64,000 bases of DNA. Origin: Candidatus Phosphitivorax anaerolimi (GTDB lineage Bacteria > Desulfobacterota > Desulfomonilia > UBA1062). The stretch is from assembly GCA_001896555.1 (NCBI GenBank), contig MPOS01000002.1:77371-141370 (forward strand). Reading direction: 5' to 3'. The translations under genes were made by a program, and so were the position numbers. Shown here one piece after another: positions 38,219 to 48,763 of the stretch. The notes beneath the pieces were generated by a model. It ran no database searches. It saw only the letters and a list, made by a program, of their open reading frames with translations, and was not told where the DNA came from. Within the stretch, counting starts at the first letter, position 1. Each line of letters begins with the position of its first letter.

Positions 38219-38893
38219 CTACACGATGAATGGGTACACGGCTGCAAAGCCTAAGCCCGGGATGAAATTTCCTACCCGGATCCGGGTGATTTCCATGAGA
38301 TTGATGCCGATGCCCAGAATGATCATCCCGCCCGTGGACGTTATTGAGGCGAGCACCTGGGGATCCTGGAGAAAGGCCAGATGCGAGGCCGCCAGCGTCA
38401 GCCCTCCCTGGACCACCAAGACAGGGAGGGCGGCAAAAGCCACTCCCACCCCCAGCGTGGACGCCAGTGCCACGGACGCCACACCATCGAGGAGGGACTT
38501 GAGGTAGAGTGTGCTGGCATCGCCTATGGTCCCGTCCTGGATGCAGCCGATGATCATCATTGCCCCGGTGAGATAAAGGACCGAAGCGGAGACAAAACCC
38601 TGCACAAAGGTAGCCGACTCGGACCGGAACCGCTCCTTGAGATGGACGCCCACCCAGGCGACCCCGTCTTCGATGCGAAGCATCTCACCAACAAGACCTC
38701 CCAGGAGCAGACAGGCGACCATGGGAATAAGGCTGTCCACCGAAAGGGCCATCTTCAGGCCGATCGTTATCACCGCAAGGCCCAGGGCGTGCATGAGCGT
38801 GCCCCTGATCCTCTCGGAGATATGCCTTCCTGCAAGCAGGCCCAGTATAGACCCGGCCGCAACCGCCGATGCATTCACGAGCGTTCCTGTCAC
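38219..38893 (-). CDS. DUF554-family membrane protein
   Basis: N-terminus MTGTLVNASAVAAGSILG and a polytopic glycine-rich membrane pattern typical of DUF554. GTG start. Confidence 0.5.
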   Translation of the reverse strand: MTGTLVNASAVAAGSILGLLAGRHISERIRGTLMHALGLAVITIGLKMALSVDSLIPMVACLLLGGLVGEMLRIEDGVAWVGVHLKERFRSESATFVQGFVSASVLYLTGAMMIIGCIQDGTIGDASTLYLKSLLDGVASVALASTLGVGVAFAALPVLVVQGGLTLAASHLAFLQDPQVLASITSTGGMIILGIGINLMEITRIRVGNFIPGLGFAAVYPFIV

Positions 38894-39083
38894 TTCACTT
38901 CCCTTTTCTTGCCGTGCTCAACCGTTAGTACAGAAGAAAGTTCGCCGAGGTCAATCACAAAGATTTTCTTACGAGGATACTCTCCCTCGCAGAAAATATC
39001 ATATCAGAGGGCATATATCGTCTGTTAGTAAAACAATATTATCTGCTCTTGACACACACCCCTATAAGCCTTACATTTTTCAT

Positions 39084-39437
39084 ATGGCCGCTCCATATCC
39101 ACAGGATCCTTCGGCCCGTGAGGAAAGGATCAACAGGATCAGAGGTCTTCTCCCCTCCAGCGAGCTGGTAGTGACCGAACTTGCCGATTTTTTCAAGCTC
39201 TTCAGTGATTCAACCCGCATCAAGATTCTCTTCGCTTTAGGCGCGTCCGAGCTCTGCGTGAGCGACATCGCCTCCATCCTGGAGATGAACCATTCCGCAA
39301 TTTCGCACCAGCTCAGGACACTGAACCGCTCCCGCCTGGTAAAATCCCGCAAGGCCGGCAAAAAAGTCTACTATTCCCTGAACGACAAGCACATCAGGAA
39401 CGTGCTGATGCAAGGCTTTGAGCATATTCGGGAATAG
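39084..39437 (+). CDS. ArsR/SmtB-family transcriptional regulator
   Basis: wHTH signature ...ELCVSDIASILEMNHSAISHQLRTL... Only one Cys in the ELCV(S)D alpha3 site, so it is not a canonical As/Cd-sensing site. It is divergent from the DUF554/isochorismatase pair. Confidence 0.8.
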   Translation: MAAPYPQDPSAREERINRIRGLLPSSELVVTELADFFKLFSDSTRIKILFALGASELCVSDIASILEMNHSAISHQLRTLNRSRLVKSRKAGKKVYYSLNDKHIRNVLMQGFEHIRE

Positions 39438-39601
39438 AGTCTCTGCCAAGATGCCCGATCTTCCCTTGTCATTTTGCTGCGGCGGACGGGCAGCGCATCC
39501 GGAATTGCCTTTTTTCAATTTTTTCGAGTAGGTTCTTCATATTTCTCAATATTCTACCGATACAGAATTACCAAGGATGAAAGAACGGATATCAATGATC
39601 A

Positions 39602-40732
<1,131 letters not shown>

Positions 40733-40734
40733 CC

Positions 40735-41388
40735 TCATAGGATGCCCATGAGCTCACGGGGCGAGCTCAGCAGCGCGAAGGCCCCGGCAGAGGTGAGCCT
40801 CTCGGGCGTCTGATACCCCCAGAGTACTCCCACCGGCACCATCCCCGCCCTTACCGCGGTCTCCATGTCAATGTCAGAGTCGCCTACGAAGATCACCTGC
40901 TCGGCAGGCAGACCCAGGGAATCGGCCATCTCCAGGGCGATGTGCGGGTCTGGCTTTCTTGGCAGGCCCTGAACCAGGCCTCTCACCTCGAAGAAGTGCC
41001 AGTCGCCCAGGAGGGCGCTGACCATCTGCTTGGCAAAGGAGTCGAGCTTGTTCGACAGCACCGAGAAGGGAATTCCCCTTTCGGTGAGGAGGGTGAGCAT
41101 CTCCGTGACACCGGGATACGGCCGGGAGGTGAGCGACCACCTCCGGTCATACTCTTCGCGCATGGCGGCCGCAACCCGGGAGACGGTCTCATCGTCGCGC
41201 CGGTCCTCGGGAACCGCGCGCCTGGCGAGCACATCCATGCCCGCGCCGATCATCGTACGGTATGCGCCGTAATCATGGACGGGAAACCCATAGCGGGCAA
41301 GCACCTCATTCATGGAATCCGCAATGTCGGTGAGTGTATCGAGCAGGGTGCCGTCCAGATCGAATATAACCGCCTTCTTATTCTTCAT
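40735..41388 (-). CDS. HAD-superfamily hydrolase (phosphoglycolate phosphatase-like)
   Basis: DLDGTL motif I, SNK motif and GDSDID motif IV. Confidence 0.8.
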   Translation of the reverse strand: MKNKKAVIFDLDGTLLDTLTDIADSMNEVLARYGFPVHDYGAYRTMIGAGMDVLARRAVPEDRRDDETVSRVAAAMREEYDRRWSLTSRPYPGVTEMLTLLTERGIPFSVLSNKLDSFAKQMVSALLGDWHFFEVRGLVQGLPRKPDPHIALEMADSLGLPAEQVIFVGDSDIDMETAVRAGMVPVGVLWGYQTPERLTSAGAFALLSSPRELMGIL

Positions 41389-41580
41389 TCGTAATCATCC
41401 CTTCTCGAGGAGTATTTCGAGATGCGAAAAATGCAGACGATTCTCCTAGTGCATATCACAGACGAACGAAGAAAGACATGCGCATTCCGATCATGGACCC
41501 GGGTGGAGAGTGACGTGAGGAACCTGCTCCGGCGAAGAACTCCAGCCGCACCGGCAGTTCACCCGGTTGGAGGTGCGTCA

Positions 41581-42948
41581 TCAGAACCTGCGATACTTTG
41601 CCATGGCCAGCGCCATCTGGGCCGCACCCTCGATGGTATGTGCGACCGGGACGCCGTTGATTTCAAAGCCCTCGATGAGCATCCGGTATTTTTCGTGCCT
41701 CGGCAGATACGCGATCATGGGCTTGCCTGCCTGTTTGCTGACGATGCTCAACCTGGCGCCCAAGTCTGAGGAGAGGCCGGGGGCGTACGGCAAGAGGAGC
41801 ATCATGAGGCATTCGATCTGATCGAATGCCCCGATTACCCGTGCCGCCTCGACATAGTCGTCATCCGTGGAGGTGCCGGTGAGATCCACCGGATTGGTAC
41901 AGGTGGCAATGGAGGCGATAGAGGGCCTCAGGCGCTTGCGGATCAGATCCTGCTCAAGCTGGGAGAATGGGGGTACGGTGAGTCCATACTCGAAGCAGAG
42001 GTCGGTGGCAAGCGCTCCGTGCCCGCCGCTGAGCGTGATGATGCTTACATTGCCCTGTATGGGCGTCTGGTAGGCGCTCAGAGATTCGCAGAAGTGCATG
42101 AGCTCCGAGGGATTCCTGGCCTCCACGATGCCGTTCTGCGAGAGGACCTTGGAAAAAACCGTATAGTCACCCGCAAGCGATGCGGTATGACTGGAAACAG
42201 CCTTGCTTCCTCCCGGGCTCTTGCCCGCCTTGAGCAGGACTATGGGTTTTTTGCACTTCTTTGCCTTGAGCAGGAACTCGCGCCCCTCATCTTCGGCGAA
42301 CCCCTCGATGTACAGGCAGATCACCCGGGTCTTTTCATCCTGTTCGAGATAATCCAGCAGGTCGGTCTCGCCGATTACCGCCTTGTTCCCGATGCTGACT
42401 GCCAGGGAGAGTCCCACCCCCTCCACGGAAAATCCGATCATCTGGTCGACCAGCAGACCTCCGCTCTGGCTGATGATCGCCACATTTCCCTGTTGAGGCA
42501 CACTCATGCGCTCCGGAGCGAAGAAGAAGCTGTCGTAGTGCGACGGCGAATAAATGCCAAGACAATTCGGTCCGATAAAGGGGAAGTCCGCATCCCTGGC
42601 TATGGAGACGATCTGCCTCTGAAGATCGTTGTTTCCGACCTCTGCAAAACCGCCTGAGATGATGGCCCCTGCCTTTACCCCTGTGGTGACGCAGTCTTCG
42701 AGTATCCCCGGGACGGCTTCCGCCCGGGCCGAGATGATGGCGAGGTCCACCACCTCCGGGAGATCCCGCACGCTTGAATATGCGGCAACCCCTTTGAGCA
42801 CCCCAGCCTTGGGGTTGACCGGGTAGGCTTCCACGGGATACCGGTAGAGGTTCTTGTAGAAGATGATATTGGAAGGATGCAGGTCATTATGCAGCGAAAC
42901 CCCGACAACGGCCAGCGATTTCGGTTCGAATAACGGCTTGAGGTCCAT
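41581..42948 (-). CDS. CoA-binding acyl-CoA synthetase (NDP-forming) alpha-type subunit
   Basis: CoA-binding Rossmann domain plus succinyl-CoA-synthetase-like flavodoxin domain pattern; no ATP-grasp domain. Start set at MDLKPL after SD AAGGGGG; the track ORF begins 39 nt upstream. Confidence 0.6.
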   Translation of the reverse strand: MDLKPLFEPKSLAVVGVSLHNDLHPSNIIFYKNLYRYPVEAYPVNPKAGVLKGVAAYSSVRDLPEVVDLAIISARAEAVPGILEDCVTTGVKAGAIISGGFAEVGNNDLQRQIVSIARDADFPFIGPNCLGIYSPSHYDSFFFAPERMSVPQQGNVAIISQSGGLLVDQMIGFSVEGVGLSLAVSIGNKAVIGETDLLDYLEQDEKTRVICLYIEGFAEDEGREFLLKAKKCKKPIVLLKAGKSPGGSKAVSSHTASLAGDYTVFSKVLSQNGIVEARNPSELMHFCESLSAYQTPIQGNVSIITLSGGHGALATDLCFEYGLTVPPFSQLEQDLIRKRLRPSIASIATCTNPVDLTGTSTDDDYVEAARVIGAFDQIECLMMLLLPYAPGLSSDLGARLSIVSKQAGKPMIAYLPRHEKYRMLIEGFEINGVPVAHTIEGAAQMALAMAKYRRF

Positions 42949-43194
42949 GGCACCCCCTTGAGCACTGGGTAGAGATACTATCATCAATAATAAGAACGGG
43001 GAGATTTATTCCCAAGGGCGGGTGAAAGGATCAAACGTGATCGTAAAAAAGCCCTTCTACTGCACATGAACCCTTCCGGAACCGGATGCTTCTGCTTTGC
43101 ACCCCCTGAAGGAGCTGGACGACAAACCGATCGTTTCCATGATCGGCCGGCCCGGTAGAGGTATGAAAAGGCGCGCCCGGCTCTCCCGGGTGCA

Positions 43195-43473
43195 TCACCC
43201 CGTGAAGGGTTCCACGAAATATAACTGCTTGTGGTGGAGCCTTTCAAATGCCTTCTGTGCTTCCTCGGCCTCCTGCCTGGTCTTCCGGATGCATACGAGA
43301 AACTTCAGCCCGTTGTCGTCCTGCCGCCAGAGGGCCCATCGGCTTGAGTGTTCCTCCCGTAACCGATCCCGGTCTGGACGGCTGTCTGAGCCGGACACGG
43401 TTCCGCGCCTTTCATGCTCTGCCTGCCTTCTGGAGCCGGGCAAGTCTGGACCATCCATTCTTCCGTGCTTCAC
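43195..43473 (-). CDS. possible small conserved protein downstream of the ykgJ-like gene (very uncertain)
   Basis: The C-terminal half (...DNGLKFLVCIRKTRQEAEEAQKAFERLHHKQLYFVEPF) looks protein-like, but the N-terminal half is low-complexity. No motif recognised. Confidence 0.2.
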   Translation of the reverse strand: MKHGRMDGPDLPGSRRQAEHERRGTVSGSDSRPDRDRLREEHSSRWALWRQDDNGLKFLVCIRKTRQEAEEAQKAFERLHHKQLYFVEPFTG

Positions 43474-43517
43474 CTACTGCCTGCCTGATCGACGTAACGG
43501 ACCGTTCTGGGTGTGCA

Positions 43518-43985
43518 TCACCTTCCGAGCACCTCTTTTACGAGGATCTCGTAGATGGGGTAACTTGCGCCGATGCACTCCAGGATGGCCTCTTTCGAAT
43601 ACAGGTGGCCTTTGCCGATCCCGGGGCAGACTACAGCCACCCCCTTCCACGCATAGAGTGAACGCATGTTCTGAAACCAGAACGGAAAGGTCCTACACTG
43701 CAGGGGCCGGACAGGATAGACGGCACATCCGTTTTCGAAGAAAATACATCTGCCGTCATCGGCCTCTCTGATTGCATAACTTGTCTTGAGGCGATACAGG
43801 CATCTCTCTATGAACACCTGGCGAGAGATATCCATGAAGTCGGAGATTTCGGTGATCTCCCGGTCGTTCACATATACCACTCCGGGCTCTCCCGTGCAGC
43901 ATGCCCCGCATCGCTGACACTCGAATCTGATGCCGTCATCGAAGAAATATGGCTGTGTTTTCATACTTTCCAGAAGTGAATCCAT
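43518..43985 (-). CDS. YkgJ/UPF0153-family putative Fe-S/Zn-binding protein
   Basis: CxxCGACC... Cys-cluster pattern of the 'putative zinc- or iron-chelating domain' family. Confidence 0.6.
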   Translation of the reverse strand: MDSLLESMKTQPYFFDDGIRFECQRCGACCTGEPGVVYVNDREITEISDFMDISRQVFIERCLYRLKTSYAIREADDGRCIFFENGCAVYPVRPLQCRTFPFWFQNMRSLYAWKGVAVVCPGIGKGHLYSKEAILECIGASYPIYEILVKEVLGR

Positions 43986-44259
43986 CTTGTCTCCATGAGT
44001 CTTGCCAGTCTAGCCGATGTTCCTTGTTAAAAAAGCTGTCCTTTTATGTCCGGAGCCTGGCAAACGAATCATCATGAAAAGCAGCGTATAGGGAAAATAT
44101 CCAGGCTTTTTCACCATCCGCCTCTGCATGGCAGAACATCAAGGCGGCTATCCAAGTCATTTATGGGCATGTGAGACAATACCACAACCTCTGAAAAAAA
44201 ACAAAAAAGGGCTTGCCATTTATCGCTATTTTTTATACCACCCATGCAGGATAGCATGA

Positions 44260-44448
<189 letters not shown>

Positions 44449-44851
44449 GGTGCAAGACAGGAATTGCACAAAACCTCGCCGGTATTTTCGACAGCCTTGA
44501 CTGCTGTGTCGTAATTTTCATGATTCCGGAGAATGCCGTTGCCTTCCCATAGGAAGCAGGTCTTCTCCGGATATCTACTTCCGGTACTCCTTAAGCTATA
44601 CAGGCCTGTTATCTCTCCGGGCCGCACGTACCAGTGCTTATGACGGCCTATCTCTCTTCGGGTCCAATACTCCTTTGTATTTACTGAATAAAAGGCCTCT
44701 TCACCTTATGGGGTTAAACCCCTCCAGCTTGAATTGATGAAATACCCGCGGCTGCCCTATTGGAATGGCATGGATAAGAACCGGCTCCGTCCGAATGGCG
44801 GACAGCGGCCCTGCAGTGTTCTTCAAACCTCCGGGGGGAAACGGTGCGTGA

Positions 44852-45151
44852 TTACTGTTCCTCTTCCTTGCCTGAGAGCTTCGACCTCAGCACATTCGAA
44901 AGGGAAAAGGTGACAACGGTCCTGGGGGAGATCACGATCTCCTCTGCTGTCTTGGGATTGCGCCCCCGGCGTGCAGTCTTTTCTCTGACCTTCCACTTCC
45001 CGAAACCAGAGATGCTCACGGGCTCCTTCTTCTCCAAGGTTTCTTTTATGATCTCGATGAAGGTTTCGACTCCGTCACTGGCTTCTTTCCGGGAAAGTCC
45101 TGTGTTGAGAACGATTTCATCGATAATTCCGCTCTTGGTTAACGTGGCCAT
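44852..45151 (-). CDS. HU/IHF-family DNA-binding protein
   Basis: IHF/HU signature GFGKWKVRE...RNPKT (beta-arm). Confidence 0.8.
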   Translation of the reverse strand: MATLTKSGIIDEIVLNTGLSRKEASDGVETFIEIIKETLEKKEPVSISGFGKWKVREKTARRGRNPKTAEEIVISPRTVVTFSLSNVLRSKLSGKEEEQ

Positions 45152-45221
45152 ACTTTCCTCCTTTCATGTGCCTGGAACTCGTATAACTACATAAATTTAT
45201 TAATCGCTGAACAGGAAGAAG

Positions 45222-45587
45222 TCAATAGCCTATTGGATTATAAGATTCTTTTATGGCTCTGCGGATGCCGAAATCCCGCGCCATGATCACGCGCATTCCC
45301 GATATGTTCAGGATCCTGAAATCGTGGTTTATCCCATATGTGATTGAAAATATGTGTAATTTATCGATTGCCTCATCCTCCGAGAGAGGCTCTACCGACA
45401 CCCTCCACCCCTGGGAGCGGAAGTAGGGCACGATCTTTTTCAGGTCCTGCCAGGAGAAGCACTCTTTCCAATAATCCTCCTGCGACACACCGGTCTGGTG
45501 CGGGTTCTCCTTGATGATCTCGTATCGTCCGATGCCGGGTAGAAAGGTATAAACATTGTATCTTCTCATACTCCAGGCTATCGTCAT
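45222..45587 (-). CDS. hypothetical protein (locally lower GC)
   Basis: 121-aa ORF with no recognisable motif. Surrounding DNA is visibly more AT-rich than flanking genes. Confidence 0.35.
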   Translation of the reverse strand: MTIAWSMRRYNVYTFLPGIGRYEIIKENPHQTGVSQEDYWKECFSWQDLKKIVPYFRSQGWRVSVEPLSEDEAIDKLHIFSITYGINHDFRILNISGMRVIMARDFGIRRAIKESYNPIGY

Positions 45588-45707
45588 TTCCTCTTCTTGT
45601 CTTTAGTATTATACATAACACGCTGATTCAAGGAAGCAAGAGCACAGACCCGCTCAATACACGAAAATTCTTCATTAATGGAGCAGCCGAATCCGTAAGG
45701 AAGCGCG

Positions 45708-47066
45708 TTATCGAGAAAAGGTGCGCAGAGCGTCTCCGACATGGGCGATGGGGATGAGGTCCATCCCTTTCACCAAGGCCAAGGATCCGCTGTTGGAAGC
45801 AGGGATGAGCGCGCGGGTGAACCCGGTTCTGAGTGCCTCGCGGAGCCTGAACTCCATATGGTTCACCGGCCTGAGCTCTCCGCCAAGGCCTATCTCACCA
45901 ACGCAGACTGTTCCCCTTTGAAGAGGTTTGTCCAGCGCACTCGACAAGATGGCCATGACAACCGCCAGGTCCACCGCGGGCTCAGTCACCCGCATGCCGC
46001 CCGCAATGTTAACGACCACATCCGAATGTGAGAGTACCACGCCCGCACGCTTCTCCAGGACCGCGAGCAGGACCGACAGGCGCGACTGATCAGAGCCGAT
46101 GGAGATGCGCTTGGGCATGCTGAAGCTCGTTCTGCTCACCAGCGACTGTACTTCGACCACGAACGCCCTGCTGCCCTCAACCGTTGCCATGACCGCGCTG
46201 CCCGGCACGTCGCCGCCGAGTCCGTTGATAAAGATCGACGACGGGTCGCTCACCTCGATGAGCCCGGTCGATTTCATTTCGAACACGCCGATCTCGCCCG
46301 AGGTGCCGAACCGGTTCTTCACGGCCCGCAAGATCCGGTAGACCCCGGAGGCGTCGCCCTCGAAATACAGCACCGTATCCACCATGTGCTCGAGCATCTT
46401 GGGCCCCGCGATCCAGCCCTCCTTGGTTACGTGCCCCACCACGAAGACCACGGTGTTCATCCCCTTGGCGATCTCCATGAACACGCCCGCGCCCTCGCGA
46501 ATCTGCGACACGCTGCCCGGCGGTGCGTCGATCTGCGAGGAGAACACCGACTGGATAGAGTCGATGATCACGATATCCGGCCTCAATGCCGCAATCTGCT
46601 TCCTGATCTCCTCGAGCACCACCTCGGGATAGATGAGTATGTCATCCGATACGATGCCCAGTCTCTCGCTTCTGAGCTTGAGCTGGATCGCAGACTCCTC
46701 TCCGCTCACGTAGAGTATGCGCATGCCCGAGGCGGCAAGTTTGAAAGCCATCTGGAGCATGAGGGTGGATTTTCCGATCCCCGGATCCCCCCCTATCAGT
46801 ACCAGGGAACCTTCTACGATCCCGCCGCCCAGCACGCGGTCGAGCTCGGCCATGCCGCACTTCTTGCGCATGAAGGGAGACGAGGCGATCGTACCGAGCG
46901 GGATGGGCTCGTTGTTTCCGGGCTTGATCATTCGAACCGCTCTGGTCTCCTGAACGATGTCCTCAACCAGGGTGTTCCACTCGTCGCACTGGCTGCACTT
47001 GCCCATCCACTGGGGATGTTCCTGTCCGCAGGAAGAGCAGCGAAAGATCCGTCTCTGCTTCGCCAT
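45708..47066 (-). CDS. radA: DNA repair protein RadA/Sms
   Basis: N-terminal C4 zinc finger (CSSCGQ...CSQCDEW), RecA-like Walker A GDPGIGKST and C-terminal Lon-like domain. Confidence 0.9.
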   Translation of the reverse strand: MAKQRRIFRCSSCGQEHPQWMGKCSQCDEWNTLVEDIVQETRAVRMIKPGNNEPIPLGTIASSPFMRKKCGMAELDRVLGGGIVEGSLVLIGGDPGIGKSTLMLQMAFKLAASGMRILYVSGEESAIQLKLRSERLGIVSDDILIYPEVVLEEIRKQIAALRPDIVIIDSIQSVFSSQIDAPPGSVSQIREGAGVFMEIAKGMNTVVFVVGHVTKEGWIAGPKMLEHMVDTVLYFEGDASGVYRILRAVKNRFGTSGEIGVFEMKSTGLIEVSDPSSIFINGLGGDVPGSAVMATVEGSRAFVVEVQSLVSRTSFSMPKRISIGSDQSRLSVLLAVLEKRAGVVLSHSDVVVNIAGGMRVTEPAVDLAVVMAILSSALDKPLQRGTVCVGEIGLGGELRPVNHMEFRLREALRTGFTRALIPASNSGSLALVKGMDLIPIAHVGDALRTFSR

Positions 47067-48763
47067 TACTGCTGGGTCACCCTGAGCACTTCCTCAATGG
47101 TGGTCACGCCGTCTTCGACCTTCCGGGCCCCGTCCTGTCTCAGGGTGTGGAGCCCCTCACCCACGGCTACCTGCTTGATCGCGTTGGAATCGGATGTCTT
47201 GAGCACGGTGCTCCTGATGGCGTCGCTCATGAACAGGATCTCGTAGATACCGGTCCTGCCCTTGTACCCCGTGCCGATGCACTCGCTGCAGCCCGCCCCG
47301 CGGTAGAGGTAGCCCTCCTTGTCGAGCATTTCCTTGGAAAGGCCGATCTCCAGCAGGCTCTCGTCTTCGGGGAAATACTCCTGCTTGCACGCCGGACAGA
47401 TCTTTCGGACAAGCCTCTGGGCGAGGATCGCATTGACGGACGAGGTTACGAGAAAGGGCTCGATGCCCATGTCGATGAGCCTGGTCACCGCGCTGGCCGA
47501 GTCGTTGGTGTGCAGGGTGGAGAAGACGAGATGGCCGGTCAGGGCCGCCTGGATAGCGATCTCCGCGGTCTCCAGGTCGCGGATCTCTCCCACGAGGATC
47601 ACGTCCGGGTCCTGCCTTACGATGGAGCGCAGGCCCGAGGCAAAGGTGAGGCCCACCTTGGTGTTCACCGGGATCTGGCCGATGCCCTTGAGCTGATACT
47701 CGATCGGGTCCTCGATGGTGAGGATGTTCTTGTCCGGCGAGTTGATCCTGCTCAGCATGGAGTAGAGGCTGGTGGTCTTTCCGGAGCCGGTCGGCCCGGT
47801 GACCAGGATGATGCCGTGCTCCTGCTTGATGAGCCGCTCGATCCTCTCCAGGTCGTCCGGGTAGAACCCGAGCTCTTCCAGGCCGTAGAGGACGCTCGAC
47901 TTGTCGAGGATACGCATGACTACGCGCTCGCCGTTGACGGTGGGTACTATCGATATACGCAGGTCGACCGAGTGATCGCCCAGCTTGATGCCGATCCTGC
48001 CGTCCTGGGGCAGCCTCTTTTCCGCGATGTTCAGTGAGGCCATGACCTTGATGCGCGAGACCACAGCCGAGTGAATCCGCTTGGGCAGAGTGAGCACGTC
48101 GTGGAGAATGCCGTCGATGCGGTAGCGCACCTTGACATCGGTTTGATAGGGCTCCACGTGGATATCCGACGCCCGCTCGCGAAAGGCCTGGACCATCATC
48201 CGGTTGACCATCCGGATGATGGGAGCCTCGGTCTCCATCACGGTGATGTCCTGGATGCTCTCGAGGTCTTTGAGGATCTCGTCATCCTCGTCCTCGATAT
48301 CCTCCATGATGTCCTCGGCGTTTTCCTCCTTCATCTCCACGAGGCGGTTGATGGCCTTGAGGATCTCCTGCTTGGGCGCGAGCACCCGGGTGATCTCACG
48401 GATGTTGAGGATCTTGGCAATGTCGAACAGGGGCTCCTGGTCGGTCGGGTCGTTCACGGCCACTTCCATCATGTCGGCATTGAGCTTGACCGGCACCATG
48501 GTGTACTTCCGCAGGAAGGTGATGGGGAGCACGTCCACGATGGAAGGATCCACCTCGATCTCTTCAATCTTGTTCATGAGCGGGATATTCCAGAGCCGGG
48601 CAAGCGCCTGCAGGAGATCGTGATCGCTCAAGACCCCGGCCGAGAGCAGGGCGTCGCGCAGCGGCAGCGCCTTTTCCCTCTGCACGCTCTTGGCCTTGTC
48701 CAGACCGGAGTCATCTACGAGCTGCATCTCGACCAGAACCTGCTCAAGGCTTTGGATTTTCAT
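47066..48763 (-). CDS. gspE: type II secretion system ATPase GspE
   Basis: GspE N1 domain, Walker A GPTGSGKTT, Asp box, His box and C-terminal tetracysteine CPAC...CSEC. Confidence 0.85.
   Translation of the reverse strand: MKIQSLEQVLVEMQLVDDSGLDKAKSVQREKALPLRDALLSAGVLSDHDLLQALARLWNIPLMNKIEEIEVDPSIVDVLPITFLRKYTMVPVKLNADMMEVAVNDPTDQEPLFDIAKILNIREITRVLAPKQEILKAINRLVEMKEENAEDIMEDIEDEDDEILKDLESIQDITVMETEAPIIRMVNRMMVQAFRERASDIHVEPYQTDVKVRYRIDGILHDVLTLPKRIHSAVVSRIKVMASLNIAEKRLPQDGRIGIKLGDHSVDLRISIVPTVNGERVVMRILDKSSVLYGLEELGFYPDDLERIERLIKQEHGIILVTGPTGSGKTTSLYSMLSRINSPDKNILTIEDPIEYQLKGIGQIPVNTKVGLTFASGLRSIVRQDPDVILVGEIRDLETAEIAIQAALTGHLVFSTLHTNDSASAVTRLIDMGIEPFLVTSSVNAILAQRLVRKICPACKQEYFPEDESLLEIGLSKEMLDKEGYLYRGAGCSECIGTGYKGRTGIYEILFMSDAIRSTVLKTSDSNAIKQVAVGEGLHTLRQDGARKVEDGVTTIEEVLRVTQQ

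Noticed and set aside
37579-38247. Long form of the isochorismatase-family ORF (222 aa)
   Set aside because: It would start at TTG, has no SD and overlaps the DUF554 gene by 29 nt. An in-frame ATG (38154) gives a protein of normal family length.
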